A DNA stretch of 64,000 nucleotides from Phoronis australis (taxonomy: Eukaryota > Animalia > Phoronida): assembly GCA_002633005.1 (NCBI GenBank), contig NMRA01000493.1, positions 173,647-237,646 on the forward strand, in the 5' to 3' direction. The position numbers were made by a program, and so were the translations under genes. This document shows, piece by piece, positions 50,913 to 62,711 of this stretch (the stretch's first letter is position 1; each line of letters opens with the position of its first letter). The notes beneath the pieces were generated by a model. It saw only the letters and a program-made list of their open reading frames with translations, did not search any database and was not told where the DNA came from.

Positions 50913-53230
50913 GTGCCTTCAAAAACAGTGGGGATCGAAAACAACTTTGGAAGTCCTTGAAATTTTTATTGCTCACAATCTCTTTAAAATGGCGAGTTCT
51001 AAACTTGATAATCTTTCACCTCTAGCTTCTATTGATGCTTATTGTTTACATGTAGCAAGCATGAACAACAACAATAACAATAGGGTTGTTGTGTTCATAT
51101 TATTACCAATATTAGTAGTCTGGTTCACATGGCTGACATTCTGCCAATAACCACAAGGGCTGTTGTGAAAACACAGACACATATTTTTGAAAACATTTCA
51201 GTCATTCATATCAGCATGCAACAACACTTTGGAATAAACGAACACGAATAGTTGAATTTTATCTTTGAAGAGAACACGGATACCCCAGGTTACATAGCCA
51301 CAAGCGAATCACCGTGTATTTACCCACAATGCCGAGATATGTCAGGTACTTTTGTAGCCTCAGCATTTTTATACTTTAATATTTTAATCCTGTCCAATGT
51401 GAGACAACATATATAAACTAAAAGCCAGAAAATGTTCTCAATGCAAGCTTTAATGTAAAACTAAATTAAAACAATCGTCATTCGTCGGTGGTAGAGCGAA
51501 GTCCATTCGCCAACTTCGCAAATGCTTTTGCAATTTGACATTAAAAATTAATTTCAGGAAACCTACTTGCGTGTCGACTCAGTCAGCTTGAATCAAGTCA
51601 CGCCGCAAGCAGACATTCTTACATCAAGTAGATACTCCTAAGAGTGAACATTAGTGTTCATCGCAAGAGACAGGAATACTTCTTGAAAAGGCAGTGCTCA
51701 AAGCTTCAAGCAGAACACTCACTGTCAGATTTTAGTAAGCAAGGTGTGCGGCTGCGGGATTCTTTCCCCAGGCAATACAAATTTCTTTTCAGAACATTTG
51801 ACCCTGCCGTAACACGAAGTATAGTAATCAGATATTCTTTAAAGTGAAAACTAAGAATGCATTTAAAATACTGTAAAGTACACAAAGTATATAGATGTAT
51901 TTACAAAAGTTGCATCATAAACGTACATACTGAGGTAAAAAGCCAGCTATCTGTATGAAGATTATCGTCAACATACACCTAGGCAGCCGTGTGTAGAGCT
52001 CCGTTAGACACCAAAATTTCACGCGACCCCTGTGCTCAGCTTGTCACCTCATCGTGAAACTTAGAGCTAACAACCTACAGGGGTGCATGCAGAATCTGGG
52101 AATGAACCTACATTCATCTTGCCCGTTACAACCGTTTATAGAAGTAAAAAGACAATCTAATAAACGTTATTTTTCTTAATTCTCTGCCTTTTGTAACAAT
52201 GGAAAATCTGTGGTCGTTTTGAAAACAGTGCATACTTGAGACACGCGCATGTACGTGCTATTTCCGAAAATTTTGCGATATCTCTCGAGAGTTTTTTCTG
52301 AAATTGGGTTTTCTGATAATAATATAGTAAAAACTTGTGGTGAAATGAAACGACTTGCGATTGTTATGACATGTACGCAACTTCACATTTGATTGAATAA
52401 CAAATTGGCCAACAGTAGATGCAACATATTGGCGCTGAAAGAGCGCATCGCAATTTTAGAAGCAAAATAACTGAAGAACGCCAATTTTCCAACACCAAGG
52501 TAAATAATTTAGTTTACTCAAGGAAGAGTAAGAAGTTTATAGTGAGGCATCACTAATTTTGGCAGTGACAGGCCCGGTGAATTATATACGCGACAGATGC
52601 CGGAGGGAGTGAAATTAAGCCGACGGAGTGATGTCAACCAGGCCATTGAGCTGACGAACTGACGTCACCAAGACCAGTACGAAACCGGCCACCCTCCCTC
52701 CGCGTCAGCGAAAAAACGGCTCGCGAGAAAAAAATAGAACACCTCGAATCCAAGGGGACCAAGGCGGTGCCGAAACGGACGCAACGAAGGTCTATAGTGG
52801 AGCGGGGAAGACGGAGTTTGTGCAAACGATGCATTTTATATAATAGATTTTAACATAAAATACTCTGTACACAACTCTAAACTCTAAAGGATCGTCAATC
52901 CTGGAATGCAAGTCAGGCAAAGTTACCAGGGACCAAAACACATTTTCTTTCATTCAATTCCTTTGAGATGGACACTTGAGTGAATCGTATCTCAGCTCAC
53001 AACCATAACAATTTGACAGCATGATGGAGGCAAACAACTCATAAGAACACAAAAAACAGGAGGAGGCATGTAGTGCTCTGAGACGCATTTTAAATTTTTT
53101 GAAAAATTTCCATCTTTTTAACAAACAATTCAAGGCTGGAGTTTTTATCAGGTAGGGAGCATTTTAAATTCTGTCCAAAACAGGAGACCTCCCACCAATA
53201 ACCCCTGCAACTACCCACTATAATGAATTA

Positions 53231-55322
53231 TCGTATTCGCCGTAATAACTGCCCAGGGCGCTTAGAAAAGTTCGGTTCAGGGGGGGGGCGCTTATTATAA
53301 CCCAAGACGGCTGAAACCCGGTCTCCGAAACAGGTGAAATCGGAAGCTAAGATTCATCAAATTTTCGCTCTGTGACGTATATGTAATCTATGAAAGACTT
53401 TCAACAAAACTGTGGTGCATTGCTATCAAACTTTGCTGCTAAATTACGATCATTTTGCAGAAAATTGTGCTGAAATCCCAGAGCGAAAACTTGCCGACTG
53501 ACTGCCTCAAAATCGCCGTCTTCGATATGGCGACTTCAATGCTTGAATAAAAATGGTTTCGATTCAAGCAAATTACCTGAAATCCTCATTAAGTTTTATA
53601 AGTAGCGTCTCTCCAGATGGAGTCTGTATTAACGGCAGGTTTAAGTAGAAATCTGTGCAACATCGTGCCATCGGCACTAGTCGGATATAATGGACCCTAA
53701 CTTATTCCAAATAAATCCACTAAATATTGGACTAAATGAATGATTTTGGTATCGTTGCATTCCTCAGACATCTGGCTATCCGTAAAAATCCTTTTCATGA
53801 CCCTAAACTACTCAAGTCTATAACTATGCTATTCCGAACTCGGTCCACTTTAGTCACGCGCATCGTGAAATCGGCAGCCATTTCAGGGAACTTACTATAT
53901 CTAGCGCCATCTATCGGCGATTTGCTACAACACGCGCTGTTCCTTTTTCATCGGTCAACGTCATTGGTCAATTTCGTCAATTATTAACGTCATCGTTATT
54001 AATCATCGTACGTCTGCTCTCGTCATCACCTTTGTCGTCTCTCTCACGATCGTATCTGTCATCGTCATGTTATCGTCGTCCATGTTGATTGATGAAAAAG
54101 GAACAACGCGTGTTGTAGCAAATCGCCGATTGATGGCGCTAGATATAGTATGTTCCCTGAAATGGCTGCCGCTTTAACGATGCGCGTGGCTAAAGTGGAC
54201 CGAGTTCGGAATAGCATAGTTACAGACTAGAGTAATTGAGGGTCGTGAAAAGAATTTGTGCGGATAGCCAGATGTCTGAGGAATGCAACGATACCAAAAT
54301 CATGGATTTAGACCTATATTTAGTGGATTTATTTGGAATAAGTTAGGGTCCATTATATCCGACTAGTGCCGTGCCATCTACATGTATGATCGACAACACG
54401 GCGAGAAAAATGTCTGGTAGAAAACACACGTGTTGTTGTCACGTGACGTTTGTTTTGAACGTCTGCGAGTAAGCGAGCGCGTGCGTGTCACCAGAGTTCC
54501 TTTGCCAAAGCAGAGACCGTCTTTTGGCCAGAGCCACGCAATCTAACTAGCTAGATGTGTCTAAAGAAATTTGCCCAAGGCCTAAACCAGAGCGTGTTTC
54601 ATTCAGCACTTGCCGGTCTCGTGCTAAAAACTATCGACATTTGTCTCGGTAAGGCCCATATAAGTCGCCGTTTAGCTGGATGCGTACGTAACTATCTGAC
54701 AGATATTTTTCGGTGTAAGGGTGTGTAAGCATTCACTGTTAGTTGTCATTTTATCGGATATTCGGCTTAAAAACACGAATTATGGTTAATCAAACAATCC
54801 ATCTCAAAAATAACGCAAATATGTTGTATAGTATTAGAAATTGTTGGAAATTAGTGCCAATATTCATTTCTTATCGATGCTATGCTACCCGTTTCATGAA
54901 TGGATAGTTCCCAACTAATGTCGTTGATGACAGGTTTATGTATGTAGCGCGCTTCCAGGCCACGTGCGTTTAACACCGAGTTATTTTTATTCATGATACA
55001 GTAGGTGTGTCTACTGAAAGGTCAGACCATAGTGAGACACGGTCGTCGCGAGAGCGTAGCAACGCTGTTGCGTTCTTTTTGAAGCGCTGCGTTACTTTGA
55101 AGTGTAAAGTCACGGCTACCGTAGCAGTGGCGCTGGTGGTCTAGAAGACCCGTGCAAAAATGTTTTGATAAATTGAAGACGTTACTGTAGCCGAGTTTTA
55201 GGACTGTAAGTACGTCATTGTTCGCATGTACACGTTCATGGACTGGGCGCTTATTTCAGCAAAGTCTGAAAACGCGTGGGGGTCGCTTATAGGGGCATGG
55301 GCGGTTATTACGGCGAATACGG
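53231..55322. mobile_element. Tc1/mariner (pogo/Tigger-like) non-autonomous element
   Basis: TA|TCGTATTCGCCGTAATAACTGCCC...GGGCGGTTATTACGGCGAATACGG|TA, a ~24-bp TIR with TA TSD and subterminal GGCGCTTA motifs. Confidence 0.8.
53672..54371. mobile_element. Foldback element with ~290-bp inverted arms and 6-bp TSD, nested in the element above
   Basis: TGCCAT|CGGCACTAGTCGGATATAATGG...CCATTATATCCGACTAGTGCCG|TGCCAT. Confidence 0.88.
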
Positions 55323-55450
55323 TAATACAAAAATACAGAACACTTCCCACAAACTCTCCTGCTATCATTATCTATTGTAACAAGGCGTATTTAATCATGT
55401 TGTCACTATATTGGGAATGAAGCAGAAGCACTCCCATCTGCTTGATCTCA

Positions 55451-55695
55451 CATGCGTGTACCCAGGGGGGGCTCAGACGAGCCCCCTCATTTGGTGAAGT
55501 GGGCAAAAAGGTACGCCTAAGAGAAACAAAAAGAACAACAAAACGAGACTCAAATGTCCACTAAAATGGCGCGAATGCACAATTCATAGCTCTGAACGTG
55601 GTACCCCTATTTTCTTCCCCGTTTGTTTTTGTTAGTAAAGGTTCACATTGGCGAAAATTTGAACCTCCCTATTTTTTAGGCTGGTTGCGCACATG
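55451..55695. mobile_element. CATG-terminal MITE with 5-bp TSD
   Basis: TCTCA|CATGCGTGTACCCAG...CTGGTTGCGCACATG|TCTCA. Confidence 0.75.
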
Positions 55696-56194
55696 TCTCA
55701 TGATCATATAACATACATGAAGTTGGAATACAGTGAACTCGGGGTAATAGTCCGATAGGTGGGTCCCTGGTTTAAAATTTATTTGAGAGCTGGTAACTAG
55801 CCTCTGAATAACAGGCGTTATTCAGATGGAGCAACTGGTTCTCAAATCAGGGACCCTTGTATAGGGAGGACAACGTTTTTTAAATTTTTTTTACAAAACC
55901 CATGTGTCATACATTTTTGAAAAGCCCTTGGTGTGAGAAATGAATTGGTGCAAAAATCAGAAAAATTGGATGAGCGGTTGACGAGAAAATGGCCGTTGAA
56001 GTGCGACGTTTATGCGCAAAATATCTGCCTTTTTACATTATTTCGTAAAAAATAAAAGAATACACATGTGCTGCATATAAAAAGATTCGACTCATTGAGA
56101 CAAACATGGTGGTGTGTATTATATAAAATTTGGATCGATTTCTACAGAGATATTGCTGTTTAAGTGTGTTGTTATAGCATATAGAACAGGCTCA

Positions 56195-56864
56195 NNNNNN
56201 NNNNNNNNNNNNNNNNNNNNNNNNNNNNNNNNNNNNNNNNNNNNNNNNNNNNNNNNNNNNNNNNNNNNNNNNNNNNNNNNNNNNNNNNNNNNNNNNNNNN
56301 NNNNNNNNNNNNNNNNNNNNNNNNNNNNNNNNNNNNNNNNNNNNNNNNNNNNNNNNNNNNNNNNNNNNNNNNNNNNNNNNNNNNNNNNNNNNNNNNNNNN
56401 NNNNNNNNNNNNNNNNNNNNNNNNNNNNNNNNNNNNNNNNNNNNNNNNNNNNNNNNNNNNNNNNNNNNNNNNNNNNNNNNNNNNNNNNNNNNNNNNNNNN
56501 NNNNNNNNNNNNNNNNNNNNNNNNNNNNNNNNNNNNNNNNNNNNNNNNNNNNNNNNNNNNNNNNNNNNNNNNNNNNNNNNNNNNNNNNNNNNNNNNNNNN
56601 NNNNNNNNNNNNNNNNNNNNNNNNNNNNNNNNNNNNNNNNNNNNNNNNNNNNNNNNNNNNNNNNNNNNNNNNNNNNNNNNNNNNNNNNNNNNNNNNNNNN
56701 NNNNNNNNNNNNNNNNNNNNNNNNNNNNNNNNNNNNNNNNNNNNNNNNNNNNNNNNNNNNNNNNNNNNNNNNNNNNNNNNNNNNNNNNNNNNNNNNNNNN
56801 NNNNNNNNNNNNNNNNNNNNNNNNNNNNNNNNNNNNNNNNNNNNNNNNNNNNNNNNNNNNNNNN
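56195..56864. other. Assembly gap (670 N)
   Basis: Run of N. Confidence 1.
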
Positions 56865-57424
56865 CTAAAAAAAGCTTACAAAAAATGATTTATCAGCGAT
56901 AATTTGAGACAAAAAGATTACAAACTTACAAATAAAGACTAAGGTAACGATTTATAACACAAAATTGTCTTATAGTTAACTTTGAAGTCTGAAATCGGGT
57001 AATTTACCGATGTGGGTTTTACACGGAGGCAGATATGGAGCACCGTGACCTACTTTTTGATTGTCCTCCCTACCTTGTATCCGACTATAAGCAGGCTTGG
57101 CAAGTTCACTCATTTATTTGCATTCACGCAGCTGTAGAACTCACTTTAATTCGCTCTTTTTCAACTAGGGGGAGGGGCAATCTTATTCACTTAAAAATTG
57201 GGAGTGTTCACACATTCCTCCGATTCTGTGTCACAACTTTTAGCAAAAGAGAAAATGGGTGATTTTGGGGTCAATAACTACAAAAAATTAACAAAAGTTT
57301 CACCTAATGTCAAACATAGAGTTCACACATATACAATCAAGCTTGAGAATAAGTCTGAATTCAAGCACAAATGCACAACTTATCAATTAGATGCTTTTAG
57401 TACAGTGTTATTTTTTCAACTTAC

Positions 57425-57896
57425 TGATGGTCAAAGCGGCAAGCAGCCTCGAAGCACTGTCAGGGATCTCGCAAGTTGGAAAAACTGGTTGCAATACGTA
57501 ATTCGCAAAGGTCAAGCCCGCAATGGCATTTCCACACGGAATGATGCAAACAAGAGCCACCCAAAGATAGAGAAAGGAAGGCAGTCCACCGAACGCCTTA
57601 CGAATGTAGGCATAGTCAGAGCCAGATTCAAGAATGCTGGTGCCCAGCTCAGCATAACACATGGCTCCGAAAAATGAAATGACGCCACACAATGTCCAAA
57701 TGATGAGAGATGCACCAACAGAACCAGCCTCCTGTAATACGCCTTTGGGTGACACAAATATTCCAGATCCAACAATACAGCCAACGATAATGGCCACGCC
57801 ATTTAAAAGACCAAGTTCTTTCTTGAGGCCGATTTTTTCTCCTTGCACAGACCCAGAACTGCCAGACACCGAGCTGGTGGAAGGTGATTCAGCCAT
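57425..57896 (-). CDS. SLC7 L-type/y+L amino-acid transporter light chain (LAT/y+LAT-like), coding exon 1
   Basis: MAESP...LKKELGLLNGVAIIVGCIVGSGIFVSPKGVL...CYAELGT...SGSDYAYI...FPTCEIP carries the TM1 GSGIF motif and the Cys that links to an SLC3 heavy chain. Donor gtaagt. The specific paralogue cannot be assigned by eye. Confidence 0.93.
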
Positions 57897-58410
57897 CGTA
57901 AACAATATTTTTCTTTAAGCTCAATAAATTTTAAACGAAAAGCTAATAAGCCGTCTCACGTATCGTTAGATGACGCGCTGTACAAAATAATGAGAGGTAA
58001 AAGTTGGGGGAAACGCTATTATTTCACAGAGTATGGCGAAATAACAACTACAACCACGCTTCTAACAAGCCCACGTTTCCCTCCTTTTACGGCTGTTGTT
58101 TTTGACTGAGCTGGTGAAAACATCATTACGAAACATAAACAAATATTTTCAAATTGTAATCTTTACGCGGCATGGGATACTCAATAAAATGGCATACTTA
58201 AAGATTCATGTGCACGATCTGAATATGTTCAATCAAATTGTTAAGAAAGTCGTCTCAATCATGAAGATGTAAACAGCTTTTGTGAATGAAAGTCACGTGA
58301 TCGAAAACGTACTCATTCCTCATTCTGTGGTAAACAAGTTTCAAATCTGATCGGCGGGATGCCGAGTTGGTCGACCAAGGACCGGAGTCAATGTAGGATC
58401 ATCCATTAAG

Positions 58411-58655
58411 CAGAGGCGGATCTACAAGGGTGGTTCAGGGGTTCAACCCTCCCCTCTCTGCACAGGATCAAAATAAAAATTGAAAAAACTTTCGCTAGAA
58501 AAACGAAATTAGGTACTAAAACCCACAAAAAGTACACGCGGGGGGACTCGGAGGCCACGCCTCTCCCTACCTTTCTTCCCCGCCCTCGGCGCTAAGCGCC
58601 TCGGGTGTTCTCGAATCCAACTCCACCCCCTGCTGAAAACGTAGATCTGCCACTG
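58411..58655. mobile_element. CAG-terminal MITE (hAT-like), same family as the insert at 59414-59652 in opposite orientation
   Basis: TTAAG|CAGAGGCGGATCTAC...GTAGATCTGCCACTG|TTAAA. Confidence 0.75.
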
Positions 58656-58884
58656 TTAAACGAACTTGGCTACATCTTAGGGTTACGTGCAAAACAGGAC
58701 CCCCGCCTTACAGAAACAGGGCCAAACAAGTTTTTGTTTGGAACATTTTAAAAGTGAATAATTGCACCAGAAGAGTAATCGAGAAAAACGCACTGTAGCT
58801 GCAATGCTAACATTGTAAAAACATTTCGTGATTTCTTTACTGTTGATTTTTGTTTGCGTGCATGTGTGTGGTGGGCATGCGCAC

Positions 58885-58939
58885 TGTGTGTGTGTGTGTG
58901 TGTGNGTGTGTGTGTGTGAGTGTGTGTGTGTGTGTGTGT
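58885..58939. repeat. (GT)n microsatellite
   Basis: Seen directly; contains one N. Confidence 0.95.
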
Positions 58940-59083
58940 CGTCACACCTGGAGTGGAAAACTCCGTAGTTGGCACGATTGTAGCCTTGTAAAATCAGTCG
59001 CTGAGTTCTATATAAACGCGGTTCGTGTGAACTATTCTCAGGACCAAAGAGGATTCGTTTCCATAATCTAATGATACGATATA

Positions 59084-60576
59084 CGAGGGTCGTCGTTCAA
59101 AAAGTTCTCGGCCTCACCCAGAAAACAGGGACGCAGGTTAAATTTTTTCACACCACAGTAATGAATTTGATCTTTTATAACAGTACTGTTCATGCTGATT
59201 TAGTACGGCCAATTGCCGCTGGTTCAAAAGCAGACGACAATAAATTTAGCAGCATGGAGATAACGGAGACGAGAGCCATCATAAAATATTTGGGTAAAAA
59301 GGGAATGAAACCGAAAAATATTCATGAAGAGATGCAAAAAAACACTAGGAGCAAACTCTCGGGCTAATCCACAGTAAAAGAGTAGTCAGCTTGTCTCAAG
59401 AGGGGTAGCGAAACAGTGACAGATCTACGTTTTCAGTAAGGAGGGGGTTTAGGATTCGAGCGTATCCGAGACGGGTAGCGCCGAAGGGAATGAAGGTCGG
59501 GAGAGGGTTTTCATCCTGCCGTGTAAGATTTTTTGTATTTTTAGTAGCTAATTTCGTTTTTCTGGTGATTTTTTTATTTTTATATTTGATCCTGTCCCAA
59601 GGGCGGGGGGCCGGGTTTGAACCCCCTGAACCCCCGTGTATACCCGCCTCTGCGAAAGCGTTGAAGATGACCCTCGTCTAGGACGTCCCAAATCGTCGAC
59701 CTCCAGTAAAAATATAGAGAAAATTCATACAATGGTTATGAAAGACAGGCGAATGACTGTTCAACATCATATTCAAACACTGCTCGCATCAGCAATGGCT
59801 CCGTCTCTAAAATTCTGAGTGAAGATTTGGGCATGAGTAAGCCGAGTGCACGATGGGTGCCAAGAATGTTTACTCAGGGTCAGAAAATGAGCAGAATGCA
59901 AATTTCAAAGTAACTTCTAGGAAGATTCCAAGCAGATCCAGTCAATTTTTTAAAGGGCTTGTAACCCAGGATGAGACATCGGTCCACCACTTTAACCCGG
60001 AATCAAAACAACAAAGGAACACGTGGATTGACCAAGCCCGAGAAAGTTCGAGTTGGGTGCCTCTGCGGGCAAAGACAGCTAAGATATTCTGATGATCGAC
60101 TACTTGCAACGAAGACACACTCACGTTTACTAGGAATTACTAGGCGTCACTTTTGCAAAAACTCAAAAAAGCAGATGCGGAAAAGTTTCGGGATGGGGTG
60201 CTGTTGCTTCAAGACACCTGCCCATACTGCCCAAGTTGCAGTAGCTGAAGCAACTAGATGTGTCATTGAAATCCTTCCGCACCCCACCTATTCTCCGAAC
60301 CTGGCCAAGCCCCCGTCTGATTTTTATCTGTTTCCACATTTGAAGGCCTACCTGCGTGGACGCCAGTTTATGAGCGGTGATGACGTCATGAGTGCAGTGG
60401 AGGAGTATTTTGAGGGGCTCAACATAAGTTTCTTTTACAAAGGCATAGCAAAACTGGAGCACAGATGAAAGAAATGCATTGATGTAACGGGAGATTATAT
60501 TGAAAATTAAAAGTCAAATGTAGTTGCTATCGCGTTGTTTTCTTGGTGAGGCCGAGAACTTATTGAACGACCCTCG
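59084..60576 (+). mobile_element. Mariner (DD34D) transposon fossil
   Basis: TA|CGAGGGTCG...AAGTTCTCGGCCTCACC and GGTGAGGCCGAGAACTT...CGACCCTCG|TA. The transposase remnants RAIIKYL, VEDDPRLGRP, WVPRM, VTQDETSVHHF and HPTYSPNLAKPPSDFYLF contain stops and frameshifts. Confidence 0.92.
59414..59652. mobile_element. CAG-terminal MITE inserted in the mariner transposase, 5-bp TSD
   Basis: CGAAA|CAGTGACAGATCTAC...GTATACCCGCCTCTG|CGAAA. Removing it restores KRG-SE-SVEDDPR. Confidence 0.85.
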
Positions 60577-60714
60577 TAATTACGTTGAATAACTTGTAAT
60601 GTGTTTTTTACTTAAATTAATTGCGCATATGTAAACATTTGCCACTGTCTCAACAATTAAGTCGGACATTGTGGAGATACCCAGACATATCCTCATGTTT
60701 TCTTTGCTTGTGAG

Positions 60715-61135
60715 GTATGCAAGGAGGAGAGGGTACAGCTTTTCCAGGCACTCGAACAATACCCAAATGTTTATAAAAAATATTCTGAAATTCCGCAATT
60801 GTACAACAAAATTTCTTTCTTTCTGGATGTCAAGAACTTAACTCAAACGAAAATAAGGTTTTATTTGAAATAATATCAGAATTTCTTTATAACATTAAAT
60901 CTCTTTGTGTGAGTGGATAGAATTTTATACATCTGTATGAAAATGAATTATTTTCATTCGTTGTCATATATCATTGTATTCTTAACATCAGTTTTTTTTA
61001 TTGATGTATTCGTATATAATCACTGTATATAGATTTCTTTGTATTTTTTTACCCAGATCTAATGCCTCTTGGCGCTTTCTGGGTTATGTATATTCATTGT
61101 ATTCTGAAGATTTCGTAATAAACATTAAAAAAAAT
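60715..61135 (+). mobile_element. CR1-like LINE 3' remnant
   Basis: One frame reads FFLSGCQELNSNENKVLFEIISEFL, like the CR1 ORF2 end. It is followed by an AT-rich tail, AATAAA and an A-run at ~61127. Confidence 0.45.
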
Positions 61136-61351
61136 TAAATCATATGACTCTTTCCGTTGTATTTAGCGTAAAAAAAGGAAACGCACATACAACAGCGGCC
61201 ACCAGAAAATAGTGGCGACAGTTTGATGTTACTTGAACCAAACCCTAACTTAAGGCTTTTAGTGACTGTAGCTTCGGAATAGAGTATCCTAAAACCAAAC
61301 GCAAGTATCAACATTGTTCTAATCGCCCATTGCACCAAGACGGTCACTGTC

Positions 61352-61587
61352 CAGGGGCGGATCCAGGAATTTGAGTTAGGGGGAATAACTAGAATTTCGG
61401 CAGATACGCGCACCCAGCCTAAAATGTCGGGATGCAGGGTCTCGAATTTCTGTGTTTGCGGGCCTTTCGACTAAAAAAAAAACGATAAACGGGTTTGTTC
61501 AGGGCCTATGCATTTCTTTATGCACCCCCCCGTTGGTATCTGGTAGAATTTTAGGGGGGGCATGGTCCCCCTCTAAATCCGCCACTG
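61352..61587. mobile_element. CAGGGGCGGATCC-terminal MITE
   Basis: TIR CAGGGGCGGAT...ATCCGCCACTG. The TSD is ambiguous. Confidence 0.7.
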
Positions 61588-61859
61588 CGGTCACCATAGA
61601 GTGTAGTGTACTCCTGTCATTTAGTCATTGACCTGAGTGCTCTACACAATGTGAACCCCTTGAAAACAAATCACATTCAAAACACAATTCGTACTGAGCC
61701 TGACATTCATGAACGATTTCATACAGTGGGATTCGTCACCAGAAAACGAAACGAGTACAATAATTCTGTATCCACAAAGGTCTTTCAGGCTGCCACCGTT
61801 GAAACGGTCCCGGTATTTAAAAAATCAAAGCGATTGTTGATGAAACAGGACCAACATTG

Positions 61860-62711
61860 CTCAAAAGGGAATTTTTAATCCAGGAAAGTCAATGGAGAAG
61901 TGTAAGACCATAAGTGGTTAGCGTATTCCTCAGCAGCTTATGGCCTGTCTCTGTATATTGCTTTGTTTGCAAGCTTTCTTCAACATCCAAAAATTGATTT
62001 GCCACGAACGGCTGTTTCGATTGTCAAAAGCCCGGAAGACTCAGTTGAAATATTGAAGAAGAATATCCAGCCCGGCGATGTTGACGAAGAACTTATTGTT
62101 GAACCGCTGCATTTTCATATACTTGTGGGAAGCACAACAACTCATGGTGCTGGCCAAAAAGATTTCAAAGACTTTTATCAAATAATCTGCAATATTTGAA
62201 TTAAGTCAGCGTTCCCAAACATGGAATCTGTGTTGAGAATTCTTAGAGACTCATGGCCACTAATCAGTGGCGGATTTAGAGGGGAGCCAAGGGGGCCATT
62301 CCACCCCCCTAAAATTCTCCCAGATTCCATTTGGCAGTTCGGGGGTGAGAATGTCTGAAAGTCAAAATCCTGGCTAATAATCTGCCCTGCCCCCCCCCCC
62401 AACACAAAATCCTGGATCCGCCCCTGACTAATTGTCCTGGAAAAAGGCCATTAAAGGGATAAAAAAGTGTACTGAGATCAGCAATATAGCAAGAAAAAGT
62501 ATGTGCATTAACTATTATGAGCATGGAAATGGAAATGTTAAGAAGTCTTGATTACGAAGATAGAATTGAAATTTTCCGATTAGTTTATTCCGTTTGGAAT
62601 CTAAGTTTCAAAAGCTAGACTTATAGGTCTATATAAGTTACCTCAGATTGGTAAGTGGTGCCCCCGGAATTCTGAGAGCTTAGGTCCCCGCATACCCTTA
62701 ATACGGCACTG
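61860..62711 (+). pseudogene. hAT (Tip100/ZMYM1-like) transposase fossil with right terminus
   Basis: HKWLAYS (TTF zinc-finger-like), then FPNMESVLRIL, then, after the nested MITE, TNCPGKR...KSVLRSAI*QEKVCALTIMSME...LDYEDRIEIF (hAT dimerisation domain). It ends TAATACGGCACTG. Confidence 0.65.
62265..62426. mobile_element. CAGTGGCGGAT-terminal MITE with 6-bp TSD, nested in the hAT fossil
   Basis: ACTAAT|CAGTGGCGGATTT...GGATCCGCCCCTG|ACTAAT. Confidence 0.85.

Noticed and set aside
51909-51918. ATF4 amino-acid response element-like TGATGCAAC in SLC7 intron 1
   Set aside because: A single degenerate 9-mer is expected by chance in an intron of this size.
56114-56902. 262-aa ORF
   Set aside because: It is an artefact of translating through the N gap.
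57198-57918. Plus-strand ORFs of 159 and 85 aa
   Set aside because: They are antisense to SLC7 coding exon 1 and have no independent evidence.
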